Assembly (NCBI GenBank): GCA_037128115.1
Contig: JBAXXB010000002.1
Span: forward strand, 1-55,087
Source of the DNA: Bacteroidota bacterium
Lineage (GTDB): Bacteria; Bacteroidota; Bacteroidia; Bacteroidales; UBA4417
Direction: 5' to 3'
DNA length: 55,087 nt
The translations under genes and the position numbers were made by a program. Of the stretch, positions 26,000 to 35,421 are shown one piece after another (position 1 is the stretch's first letter; each line of letters begins with the position of its first letter). The notes beneath the pieces are model-generated. The model did not search any database. It saw nothing but the letters and a program-made list of their open reading frames with translations, and was not told the origin of the DNA.

Positions 26000-26579
26000 A
26001 ACTACAAATCCCGATTTTCTTCTAGTACGGATGCTCTACCTGCATAATAGGAAACAGAGTGCGTTTCTATGTTTATGCCTGGTTTTCATGTATTGAATAT
26101 ATTATATGTTGAATCAACATTTAGCCGGCTCATTTTGGATTAGATCCTAACCTTGGCAAACCTGAGTCCTTGCTATAAATTAAAGGGAGCGGCACTCTCA
26201 TTCCCCGAAAACCGGGAAGAAGGCTCTTTCAAATCTTCACAGAGCAGAATCTATAAATGATCAAAGGTTGATACATTCCAAGAGCTTTTAACCCATTCAT
26301 GCCTGCTGACAGGTGAGTGCCGGCACCGGTAATCCGAGAGTACATCAACCGGAAAACAGTCGTTCCTCCAGTGCTGAATAGTATCGGCAAACAGGCTTAT
26401 ATGTGTTAATCAATGACCAAAATCAATGTAATTTACTCGATATCAACATTAAGCGGGTTCATAAGTTGGCCCGGAAGTTTATTTTATCGAAATTGCCAAT
26501 TCATCTGCAGAAACCCGTCAAACTTCTTATTTTTACATTCGTAATTAATAAATCAATCCTTAACATAACCCGTTTTACT

Positions 26580-28181
26580 ATGCTTAAGAACTTTAAAGTC
26601 CCCAATAATATCGTGATTGTTTTTTCGATCATTATCCTGGCTGCCGTGCTCACATGGATAGTTCCCGGCGGGAAATATGACAGGCAGACTATTAAAGTGA
26701 ATGGCGTTGAACGAACGGTTATTGTTAATGATACTTACAAGCAGGTAGACAGTCAGCCCCAGACATGGCAGATATTTTCGGCTTTCTACAAGGGATTTAT
26801 CAATATGTCGCATATCGTTGTCTTCATTTTAATGATTGGCGGAGCTTTCTGGATCATGAATGAAACAAAATCCATTGATATAGGCATACTCTCGTTCCTC
26901 ACTTTAACAAAACGGTTTGAAAAGTGGAAATTTATCCGTTGGCTGGGTGTCGACAATATCATCATGGTTTTCATTATGGTTATTTTCAGTTCTTTCGGGG
27001 CGATATTCGGCATGGCCGAGGAAACCCTGGCTTTTACATTGATATTTGTGCAACTGGCGATACGTATGGGATATGATTCTTTGGTCGGGATAGGGATTTG
27101 TTATTTTGCGGCTCATGTTGGATTTGCCGGGGCCATTCTAAACCCCTTTACCATAGGAATTGCCCAGGGGCTGGCAAGTGTTCCGATGTTCACCGGCATC
27201 GAATACCGGGTGGTTTGCTGGTTCATTTTCACTTTCCTGGCCATAGCCTTTGTGCTATGGTATGCCCACCGTATCAAGAAGAATCCGAAAAAATCGATCA
27301 TGTACGGTGAAGATGATTTCTGGAGAAAAAGAACCGAATCGGATGTTGAAAAAATTGAATACTACACTCCCAGGTCGGCATGGATAGTTGGCGGAGTATT
27401 GCTGGTCATAATGCTGGTATATTCCTTCTATTTTCCTTCAACCAATTTGAGAGTCGGGCTGAATATAGTCAAAGGTCCGTTTATTCCCATACTTACGGCA
27501 ATATACGCCGTAACAAGTTATTTTGCCCTTCGCAAGTCGTTGCATTTCTATATACTCAACATACTGGCATTCACTATTTTCTATCTCATACTCGGCGTTT
27601 TGGGCTACGATTGGTATATAATGGAGATTGCAGCCTTGTTCCTGGCCATGGGTATATTTACAGGATTTGCAGCCGGCAAAAAGAATTCGGAGATAACCAA
27701 GCTATTCCAGGAAGGCGTGAAGGATATAGTATCGGCAGCCCTGGTGGTTGGATTTGCCGGTGGGATCATTGCCATACTCAACGATGGGCAGATCATCGAT
27801 ACAGTGCTCTATTCCCTGTCGAATTCCCTGAAAGGAACCGGACAGATAACTGCAATTACCATCATGTATGGTTTTATGTCGGTGCTTAACCTCATCATTA
27901 CCTCAGGATCGGCCAAGGCTGCACTAACGATTCCTATTATGGCACAGTTTTCTGACATTATAGGGCTGTCACGACAGGCAACAATCATGTCATTTCAATT
28001 CGGATCCGGCATTACCGACATGATTGCCCCAACATCGGGTGTCTTGATCGGCGTTTTAGGGATTTCAAAGATACCCTATGGCAAATGGGTTAAGTTCATT
28101 ATCCCTTTTGTACTCTTCCTGGCTTTTGTTGCCTGGCTTTTACTGATACCAACGGTAACCATGAAATTAAGCGGGTTTTAG
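26580..28181 (+). CDS. YfcC family (DcuC-like anaerobic C4-dicarboxylate carrier fold) membrane transporter
   Basis: The internal ATG at 26580 gives MLKNFKVPNNIVIVFSIIILAAVLTWIVPGGKYDRQ, typical of YfcC N-termini. Polytopic throughout. The listed upstream GTG extension is hydrophilic and atypical. Confidence 0.8.
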   Translation: MLKNFKVPNNIVIVFSIIILAAVLTWIVPGGKYDRQTIKVNGVERTVIVNDTYKQVDSQPQTWQIFSAFYKGFINMSHIVVFILMIGGAFWIMNETKSIDIGILSFLTLTKRFEKWKFIRWLGVDNIIMVFIMVIFSSFGAIFGMAEETLAFTLIFVQLAIRMGYDSLVGIGICYFAAHVGFAGAILNPFTIGIAQGLASVPMFTGIEYRVVCWFIFTFLAIAFVLWYAHRIKKNPKKSIMYGEDDFWRKRTESDVEKIEYYTPRSAWIVGGVLLVIMLVYSFYFPSTNLRVGLNIVKGPFIPILTAIYAVTSYFALRKSLHFYILNILAFTIFYLILGVLGYDWYIMEIAALFLAMGIFTGFAAGKKNSEITKLFQEGVKDIVSAALVVGFAGGIIAILNDGQIIDTVLYSLSNSLKGTGQITAITIMYGFMSVLNLIITSGSAKAALTIPIMAQFSDIIGLSRQATIMSFQFGSGITDMIAPTSGVLIGVLGISKIPYGKWVKFIIPFVLFLAFVAWLLLIPTVTMKLSGF

Positions 28182-28222
28182 ACAGAAGACTGGCTGTTTT
28201 CGAAAAACATCTGCTGGTTTCA

Positions 28223-31195
28223 TTAAGCGAACATGGACAGTATTTCGTCCCGCGTCATTCCGGCTACAGTTGAATCGGAGGTGACAAACAGGTCGGCCAG
28301 GTCCTTTTTCTTTTGCTGCAGCTGGACTATTTTCTCTTCCACGGTTTCTTTCGAGATAAAGCGGTACACGAACACTTTTTTATCCTGCCCTATGCGGTGG
28401 GCACGGTTTAAGGCCTGCATTTCGGCAGCAGGGTTCCACCAGGGATCGAGTATGAAAACGTAGTCGGCTTCGGTAAGGTTAAGCCCTACACCTCCCGCCT
28501 TGAGCGAAATCAGGAAAAGCTGTATATCGTTTTTCTTTTTAAAAGTGTTGATCACTTTTTCGCGATTAGTCGTTGAACCCGTCAGTAAAGCATATTTATG
28601 GCCTTTTTCGCGGCAATATTCTTCCATAAGGTTAAGATGCCTTACAAAAGAGCTAAATATGAGCACCTTATGGTTTTCGGCCAAAATGGTATCCAGGCTT
28701 TCGGTCACCTCCTTGAATTTCCCGCTTGCGGCACAGGAAGCTTTTTCCACCATGCGCGGGTGATTGGCCAACTGCCTGAGCACCATAAGTGCACGCAGCA
28801 CCATGACCGAAGATTTTGCAATTCCGACCGATTCAAACTTTTCGATAATCGCATTCCTCACTTTCGACTTTTCAGCTTCATACAGGCTTTGCTGTTTTTC
28901 CAACATCGAACAGAAAACGACAGTTTCGGTAAGAGCAGGCAGTTCGGGTGCTACTTCTTCCTTGGTGCGCCTCAGTATAAATGGCTTTACCAGGTTCCTG
29001 AGCTTCTCTCCTACCGGGTCGTCCTGGTTTTTTGAAAGGGGCGTGGCATAGTATTTTAAAAAATGATGATGGCTTCCCAGCATTCCCGGGTTCAGGAAAT
29101 TAAGTTGCGACCATATGTCGGACAGGGAATTCTGTATTGGCGTCCCTGTAAGTACCATTCGGTGCTGTGCCTGAAGTTCGAAGACGGCTTTCGTTGTCTT
29201 GGATTCCGGGTTTTTTATAGTCTGGCTTTCGTCGAGTATGATATATCCGAACTGCAGGGACCTGAACAGCTCAAAATCGTTCCGCATGGTGCCGTAGGTG
29301 GTAAGTATGATATCGTACCTGCCGAAATGAGCGGTGCCGGAACTGCGGTTGATCCCGGCATGTATGCAGATGCGCAGCCAGGGTGCAAACCGGGTAAATT
29401 CATTCAGCCAGTTGTGTATCAATGAAGCAGGGAGTATGATCAGGCTGCAGGGTGGGCGTTCACTTACATCGGTTTTCGTCCTGCCTGGATCTAAGGCAGT
29501 TGACGGTTCAGGTTGGGCAAATAAGTCAAGTTGTATTCCGTTAGTGCCGGAATGTAAAAAAGGGCTGTCTTTCCCAGGTTGAGGTCCCGCCTCGTTACTT
29601 GAGTAGTATGATGCAAGCAGGGCAATGGCTTGCAGTGTTTTGCCCAGACCCATGTCGTCGGCCAGTATACCTCCCAACCCATTCTGCCGCAGAGAATGCA
29701 TCCAGTAAAAACCTGATTCCTGGTATGGCCGAAGCTTCACATGGGTAAGGGCAGGAAGTGTGACCGCCTCAGGAATCGACAGGGAATCATCGAGCTGGCG
29801 GGCAAGCCCGGGAACAGGAAAGGCTGTCAGAAGCCTGAAATGGTGCTTGTTGATCCGGATTGCCTGGTTATGAGTTTTTGCATATTGCATCAGGTCCTGG
29901 TAACGGGTAAACCATTCATCGGGTATGATGAAAGTCTCCCCGGAAGGCAGTTCGTATTCTTTTAAGTTATGAATTATGTGATTCCTGAATTTGATGAAAG
30001 GGATCTCAAATTCCCTGATGACAACGGTACCAAATACGTCGAACCAATCCTGTGAAGTGGAAAGGGATATATTCAGAACCGGGATCTCCATGAGGTACTT
30101 TTTGTTTTCAGGCTGCCTGACAATGAATGAATGATCAGTAAGCGTGGTATGGTTCTCCGAAAGCCATTCAACCAGCCGGTAAGCCGGGTATAAAGAGGAT
30201 TCGGAATCGATGAGTGAAAATGTGGCTTCCGCCTGCCTGAGGTTAAGCGATTTCAGGAAGGAAACCTGTTCAACTTCCCAGGCCAGGCTCCTCTTGAAGC
30301 GGTTAAAGACGAAACCACTTTCGTCGGCGAGTAGGGTTGTAAATGAAATCTGGGGATTATTGACCAGAACCTGTTTATCCCCATATTGAAACGATAGGAT
30401 CAACACCAGCCTTCCCTGCCAGTTCAATTCAAGCAATAGTATGGCCTCAGGTTCAGGTTGAAGGTCGTTTACCTGGAAGCCCTCGGCTTCAATATCGCAG
30501 CGGTTTGCAATTTTACGGATAAATGTGCTGAAATAAGTAAATTCCAGCTTTTTGGGAATATGGATAAAATCCCTGGTTATAAATGGCGTAAGAAGTTTTC
30601 CACTAATGTTTTCACTGAACCGGTACAATTTGTTACCAGAGAGGTAATAACAGGGCTCATTTACCAGGATAATGTTCCCGGGCTGGTTCAGTATGATCTC
30701 CTCATCCTGATGAAAGGCACTGAGTTTATATTGAGTGCCTTCCCCTGAACGGGTAAATTTTAACGAAGCCCGCGGGCTTTCTTTCTGAATGGAAATCCTG
30801 TCTTCCGGGTACAGGTTCGAACTATCCCTGAGGTGGTAAAAAGGCACATCATTCTCCAGCAGGGTTTCGATGATTTTTGATAGTTTACGCCCTATATAGG
30901 GCCTGATCATGTCGTCGGTGAATTTCTTGTCGAGGCTCGCGAAAAAATCCTTCGGGGTCTGGTTTTTCTTCGAAAACTGCATGATGATTGCCTGGTTTGA
31001 AAAGCTTTCGGAGAGTTTAAAAAAATCTGATTCCGCCTCGCTCAACCCGGGATATTGATTGATATTAAGGGCGGTAAGCCTTTCCTTAAGGGAGATAAAA
31101 ATTTCATTTTCACTACTGCATGAATAGGGCAGAATCACATAACCTATTGGTTTTGTAAAGGATAATAATGCCGCTATAAATGTTTGCTTCTCCAT
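28223..31195 (-). CDS. SNF2-family helicase/ATPase (RapA/HepA-like) with a roughly 470-aa N-terminal region of unknown function
   Basis: ILADDMGLGKTLQAIA (motif I), ILDESQTIKN (II), LTGTPIQNSLSD (III), LISLKAGGVGLNLTEADYVFILDPWWNPAAEMQALNRAHRIGQ (V-VI). Confidence 0.88.
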   Translation of the reverse strand: MEKQTFIAALLSFTKPIGYVILPYSCSSENEIFISLKERLTALNINQYPGLSEAESDFFKLSESFSNQAIIMQFSKKNQTPKDFFASLDKKFTDDMIRPYIGRKLSKIIETLLENDVPFYHLRDSSNLYPEDRISIQKESPRASLKFTRSGEGTQYKLSAFHQDEEIILNQPGNIILVNEPCYYLSGNKLYRFSENISGKLLTPFITRDFIHIPKKLEFTYFSTFIRKIANRCDIEAEGFQVNDLQPEPEAILLLELNWQGRLVLILSFQYGDKQVLVNNPQISFTTLLADESGFVFNRFKRSLAWEVEQVSFLKSLNLRQAEATFSLIDSESSLYPAYRLVEWLSENHTTLTDHSFIVRQPENKKYLMEIPVLNISLSTSQDWFDVFGTVVIREFEIPFIKFRNHIIHNLKEYELPSGETFIIPDEWFTRYQDLMQYAKTHNQAIRINKHHFRLLTAFPVPGLARQLDDSLSIPEAVTLPALTHVKLRPYQESGFYWMHSLRQNGLGGILADDMGLGKTLQAIALLASYYSSNEAGPQPGKDSPFLHSGTNGIQLDLFAQPEPSTALDPGRTKTDVSERPPCSLIILPASLIHNWLNEFTRFAPWLRICIHAGINRSSGTAHFGRYDIILTTYGTMRNDFELFRSLQFGYIILDESQTIKNPESKTTKAVFELQAQHRMVLTGTPIQNSLSDIWSQLNFLNPGMLGSHHHFLKYYATPLSKNQDDPVGEKLRNLVKPFILRRTKEEVAPELPALTETVVFCSMLEKQQSLYEAEKSKVRNAIIEKFESVGIAKSSVMVLRALMVLRQLANHPRMVEKASCAASGKFKEVTESLDTILAENHKVLIFSSFVRHLNLMEEYCREKGHKYALLTGSTTNREKVINTFKKKNDIQLFLISLKAGGVGLNLTEADYVFILDPWWNPAAEMQALNRAHRIGQDKKVFVYRFISKETVEEKIVQLQQKKKDLADLFVTSDSTVAGMTRDEILSMFA

Positions 31196-31493
31196 TTCCT
31201 GATCCTGTTGAACCGGGCCAATCCCTATATTGATACTGGTTCTTCAGGCATGCAAAGGTAAGGCTATAAAACCCGGAATTTCATGCCTTGAAATGAAAAA
31301 TGGAAACAGTCCGCCTTTGCCAGATGAGGTCATCTGCCGATCCGGGTATAATTCAATTGACCTGGTTTATTGTTAATTCATTTTTCAGATTGCAGATAAT
31401 CAGTTATTTGAATTTGAATTTCTGATTAATTGAATGGGAACAAAAAAAGTAGTTTAAGATCGAAATTCCCTTTACAACCCTACATCATGATCT

Positions 31494-31538
31494 AAAAAAA
31501 AGAGACTGCCCCGGTATACCGAGGCAATCTCTTTTTTC
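31494..31538 (-). terminator. Rho-independent (bidirectional-looking) terminator downstream of the T9SS gene at 31593-32684
   Basis: AGAGACTGCC ... GGCAATCTCT 10-bp stem (one C/A mismatch on plus, which becomes G.U on the minus transcript) with an inner CGG/CCG extension. It is flanked by an A7 run and a T6 run. Confidence 0.75.
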
Positions 31539-31592
31539 TGTTTAATAAAGGGGGGCAGGCATAAAGGCCTGATTCTTTATGAGAACGATCTG

Positions 31593-32684
31593 TTATTTGA
31601 CCAGTAACATTTTATTTGATATCACCTGGCCGTTAAACATTAGCCTGTAGCTATAGACACCGCTGCTTAAATCCTGGGCATTGAAATCGATGGTATGTGA
31701 GCCACTTATTTGTTTTGCATTTACCAGGGTAGCCTTTTCGATTCCGAGAGCATCATATACTCTCAGGCTTACAAATCCGTTTCCATGCAATTGATAACTA
31801 ATTGTTGTCGATGAATTAAAAGGATTGGGGTAATTCCTGATATCTTTGGCAGCAAGTGGGTTTTCATCAACGGAGGTGGTGAGTATCTGGTATTTTTGGG
31901 TAGCTGCTGTCATGTTGGATAACATGGCTTGCTCGTCAGCACCGATCGCTAAAGCATAAAATGCAGTAAAGGTTGCCCCGGGAGCAATGGCGACCGAACT
32001 CTGCGACGTAATTGTTACAGGACCGTCAGCCGTAGTCGAGTAATAATTTGGTTGTAAGGAACCTTTATTCATCCAGCTCCAGAAACTTGAATCTACCTGG
32101 TATGCATCATACCATTCGAACGAGTAAAGGGATGATAATGAGGCCGAGAGGAGTTTTATCCCCATATTTTCCTGGCTGCCTCTGTGAAAACGAATCACAT
32201 TTTGTGCACTGAGGTACGAAACAGTATCAAACCCATATGTCGCATTCAGATAAGGAAGAATTTCCAGGCCTATTGAAGCATTTATTGAGCTGGCTTCATT
32301 GTTCTTTACAATATATTTAGCTATGGTGAAAGCCTGGTTATTCCATCCGTAGACATTCTCTTTCACCATTACGGCAGGAGGGGCATTTGAATAGGAGTTG
32401 TCGTATGCACCATAAATTTCGTAATCACTGGATGCAGGAGCGGCAACCGCTACGGTAGCATCCACAACTTCCGCATCATTTTCGTGGTCAAATACAGCTG
32501 TTGAGGAAGTCCCGACCAGGATAGTAGCACGGTGCAGTTGTTCGGTGCCATCCGGTGCATATAGCAGGATTTTACCATATGTACCGACTGTTACATTCAT
32601 AGCACCAGTACTGTATGATGCCTGGGAATAACCTTGTGCCGCGGTGAGCAGCATAACCGCAAGAATAAGTAAAGTTTTTTTCAT
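31593..32684 (-). CDS. T9SS-sorted secreted protein of unknown function
   Basis: Signal peptide MKKTLLILAVMLLTAAQGYSQ. CTD IRNYPNPFNSSTTISYQL....GVYSYRL...NKMLLVK. Confidence 0.8.
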   Translation of the reverse strand: MKKTLLILAVMLLTAAQGYSQASYSTGAMNVTVGTYGKILLYAPDGTEQLHRATILVGTSSTAVFDHENDAEVVDATVAVAAPASSDYEIYGAYDNSYSNAPPAVMVKENVYGWNNQAFTIAKYIVKNNEASSINASIGLEILPYLNATYGFDTVSYLSAQNVIRFHRGSQENMGIKLLSASLSSLYSFEWYDAYQVDSSFWSWMNKGSLQPNYYSTTADGPVTITSQSSVAIAPGATFTAFYALAIGADEQAMLSNMTAATQKYQILTTSVDENPLAAKDIRNYPNPFNSSTTISYQLHGNGFVSLRVYDALGIEKATLVNAKQISGSHTIDFNAQDLSSGVYSYRLMFNGQVISNKMLLVK

Positions 32685-32797
32685 GAAGTAAAGTTTTAGT
32701 TGTTTTCTAACATGCGAATATAATCAATTTTCTCAAAATAATTCTCGATTTCAGGTAAAATGAATTTTTTTTCTCTTGTTGTCGGGTAAGATATTAA

Positions 32798-32833
32798 GTG
32801 AGAGTCTATCCCAAAATTGGGATAGACTCTCAC
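32798..32833 (-). terminator. Perfect 15-bp stem-loop directly after the PKD/propeller gene (terminator or RNA-processing/stability element)
   Basis: GTGAGAGTCTATCCC-AAAATT-GGGATAGACTCTCAC, starting 7 nt after the TAG at 32842-32840. On the minus transcript it is followed by UUAAUAUCUU, which is only moderately U-rich. Confidence 0.5.
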
Positions 32834-32839
32834 TTTGGC

Positions 32840-34033
32840 CTAGAGTTTAATCCAGGCAGCCTGCATGGCATTTGGATTAACCCCGGTAATCCAATCTTCC
32901 TGCCCTGAACCGTCGAGGTTTGCCCGGATTATTTTACCATCCGCAGCTGAATTCGAGTTTTTAAAACTCCAGAACAGCTTGCCTCTTTTGTTGTCGATGG
33001 CTATGCCCCATGTGGCTTTTGCACCGTAGTCACCTATTTTCGATAATTGTGTCCCATCGAGATTGCACATATAAATGCCATTTTCAGGCATGGTTGGCCC
33101 GGCGTCGCCATAGCCTGCTATATATACCTTGCCGGTTTCGGTATTCACTTCAATGGCCGTTCCGTCAATATCAGCAAGCGGTTGCGTTAAACCCGTTCCA
33201 TCAAAGTTAAGTGTGAAATAACCACCTGTATGTTCTGGTAGTGAATATTCGTTAATCAGATATACCATATTGGTAGTTGGATCGTACTGCATGTCGATCG
33301 GGAACTGCAAGTTCGAATTATAGACCTCCGGGCTTGTTCCATCGAGGTTTGAGCGAAAAATACCTCCCGGGCTGCCCCAGTAAAGCTTATCCCCTACCAC
33401 CATAAGGCCCTCGGGCGACTGGCAGATTTCTTGCCCGGCTACAGCACCGTCCAGTATAGTAACCGGGTTGGTGCCATCGGCATCGAAACGATAAATGGTA
33501 TTGATCGAATAATCAGCTACATATACCTTACTATGTGCCGTATCCACGGTAATACCATAAGGCCTGGGTAATACCACCGAGGCAAAATCCGAAACATTAT
33601 GCGCCGGGTCATCCAGGAGAACAAAATGAACCCCTCCGTTTGTCCCCCTCGTAGTGAAATACAGAACCTGGGTCAGCCCTGCATTAGGATCTTTGACATT
33701 GATAACCTGGGTTTTGATAAGTTGGTTATAATACACATCATTCACGGGAGTGCATGTTAGTTTTACAGTATACAGCCCCGGAGTGCTGTATGCAGCAACT
33801 GGGTTAGCTTCGGTTGAGGTTTGCCCGTTTCCGAAATCCCATAAATAGCCGGCAGCGTTTAGTGATTTGTCCGTAAAAGTAACTTCGCAGGGTGCTTTAC
33901 CGCTATTGCTTGCTGTATAGGTGAAATCGGCAACGGTGCTCGCCAAAGGGCTGCCGACTTCATATTTCTGGCATCCTGACGCCATAAAAAGTGCCGGGAG
34001 CAACAGGAGAAAGTATATCAGATGTTTTTTCAT
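32840..34033 (-). CDS. Surface lipoprotein with PKD domain plus YWTD/LDL-receptor-class-B-like six-bladed beta-propeller (SGBP-position protein of the Sus-like locus)
   Basis: Lipobox LFMASGCQ. PKD-like FTDKSLNAAGYLWDFGNGQTS...PGLYTVKL. Propeller repeats KVYVADYSINTIYRFDADGTN, KLYWGSPGGIFRSNLDGTS, MVYLINE and KLFWSFKNSN..GKIIRANLDGSG. Confidence 0.7.
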   Translation of the reverse strand: MKKHLIYFLLLLPALFMASGCQKYEVGSPLASTVADFTYTASNSGKAPCEVTFTDKSLNAAGYLWDFGNGQTSTEANPVAAYSTPGLYTVKLTCTPVNDVYYNQLIKTQVINVKDPNAGLTQVLYFTTRGTNGGVHFVLLDDPAHNVSDFASVVLPRPYGITVDTAHSKVYVADYSINTIYRFDADGTNPVTILDGAVAGQEICQSPEGLMVVGDKLYWGSPGGIFRSNLDGTSPEVYNSNLQFPIDMQYDPTTNMVYLINEYSLPEHTGGYFTLNFDGTGLTQPLADIDGTAIEVNTETGKVYIAGYGDAGPTMPENGIYMCNLDGTQLSKIGDYGAKATWGIAIDNKRGKLFWSFKNSNSAADGKIIRANLDGSGQEDWITGVNPNAMQAAWIKL

Positions 34034-34055
34034 ATTCTTAGTTTTAAGCAGTTTG

Positions 34056-35402
34056 TTAGTAACCGGGATTTTGTTCCATTAATTTATTGGTCTGCATTTC
34101 GCTCAGTGGTATAGGGAAAAGTGTAAATTTTTCATCAATACCCAGTATGGCTGAAGCCCTTTTGGTCCTGACCAGGTCGGGCCAGCGATGGCCTTCGAAT
34201 GCAAATTCGTGGCGGCATTCATTCTCAATAGCGAGCTTCAGGTCGGGAATAGTGGCAGCCGTTGTGTTTCCTAGTCCGGCACGATTGCGGACGGCATTAA
34301 TGTCAGCCTGGATATTCGCAACTGCCCCATTGGAATATGCCAATGCTTCGGCCCTGATGAGGTACATTTCAGCCAGTCGTAGCACATACACATGGTCCGT
34401 TCCTCCTGAAACATCACTGTATTTATACCCGTAAGGCTGGTTTTTTGTGGTGTCGTAAGCAACAGTTGCATCAAACCGGAGGGTGTCGGCCAATTCATAA
34501 CTCTCCAGCAATCCTGTTGAAGGAGCAACTTCATATCTACCGGACAGACTACGCGAAAAGAAATACTGAGCCAGGCGGTTGTAATTCTGAACATCAAAAA
34601 GCACCTCGAAAATGGATTCCGGGGAAGTAGTGAGCTTAGGATCGAATAAATTTTTATAATCGTCAAACGTATAGCCTCCATTACTAATTATATTTTCTGC
34701 TTCAGCTATAGCCAGGGCAGCTGATGGCTGGTCGTTCGAAAGTTGGAATTTTGACAGATAAGCTTTTGCCAACAAGGCTGAAGCGCTGTATGTATTTGCA
34801 TGGCCGGCGATTTTGGTTGCAGACATTTTTGCTTTGGCAATGGTGAGATCGGCAATTACCTGGTCAAAAACCTGTGACTGCGAACTGCGTTCTATATCTA
34901 TATTGCTGAGATCGAGAGTCGGCTGGGTTTGTATGGGTACACCGCCAAAATAGGTAGCCAGGTAATAATGAAGCAACGCTCTAATAAACAGCGACTCTCC
35001 CTCATATTGATCAGCTTCAGCCTGTGTAAGCCCCGAAATGCCCGGGAGCTGGATCAGGATATTGTTGACACAGTTAATGCCACTGTAAGCAGCATACCAC
35101 ATACCATCCACGATTGAATTTTCGGCAGGTATGGGCTTGTTCTGTACTTGTCCGTACTCCTGCATGGTGCCGGTCCATACCAGGTTATCAGAAGCAATAT
35201 CACCTACAATAACGGCATTACGGCTGTACAGCCCTACAGCCTGGAGCGAGTTATAGGATCCGTTAATGGCATGCTCCACACCGGCTTTATTTTTTATGGC
35301 ATCTTCGGCAGCAACGCTGTCAGTGGGTTTTACGTCCAGAACTTTGTTGCACGACCATGTGGTTAATGCCAATGCAAACAGGATAAATATAATTTTTTTC
35401 AT
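34056..35402 (-). CDS. RagB/SusD family nutrient-uptake outer-membrane lipoprotein
   Basis: Lipobox LTTWSCNK. SusD-like TPR-like helical core (..LRLAEMYLIRAEA.., NAVRNRAGL, ERRHEFAFEGHRWPDL-like ECRHEFAFEGHRWPDLVR). It lies 19 nt downstream of SusC. Confidence 0.9.
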   Translation of the reverse strand: MKKIIFILFALALTTWSCNKVLDVKPTDSVAAEDAIKNKAGVEHAINGSYNSLQAVGLYSRNAVIVGDIASDNLVWTGTMQEYGQVQNKPIPAENSIVDGMWYAAYSGINCVNNILIQLPGISGLTQAEADQYEGESLFIRALLHYYLATYFGGVPIQTQPTLDLSNIDIERSSQSQVFDQVIADLTIAKAKMSATKIAGHANTYSASALLAKAYLSKFQLSNDQPSAALAIAEAENIISNGGYTFDDYKNLFDPKLTTSPESIFEVLFDVQNYNRLAQYFFSRSLSGRYEVAPSTGLLESYELADTLRFDATVAYDTTKNQPYGYKYSDVSGGTDHVYVLRLAEMYLIRAEALAYSNGAVANIQADINAVRNRAGLGNTTAATIPDLKLAIENECRHEFAFEGHRWPDLVRTKRASAILGIDEKFTLFPIPLSEMQTNKLMEQNPGY

Positions 35403-35421
35403 ACGTTTTCAGTTTTATGTT

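Noticed and set aside
26000-26579. A 580-bp stretch without ORFs upstream of the YfcC transporter. It was inspected for a riboswitch, small RNA or gene remnant.
   Set aside because: I could not recognise any riboswitch core (no B12 box, L-box, SAM, TPP or glycine motifs). It contains only short 4-5 bp hairpins. A start-less reading of about 50 codons on the minus strand (..LFADTIQHWRNDCFPVDVLSDY..) matches nothing I know. The region is left unannotated; an Rfam scan would settle it.
28223-31195. SNF2 helicase as the core of a phage-defence system (DISARM/BREX/Zorya-like).
   Set aside because: There is no adjacent methyltransferase, nuclease, PLD, DUF1998 or membrane partner. The neighbours are a transporter and T9SS cargo. 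It looks like a stand-alone RapA-like gene.
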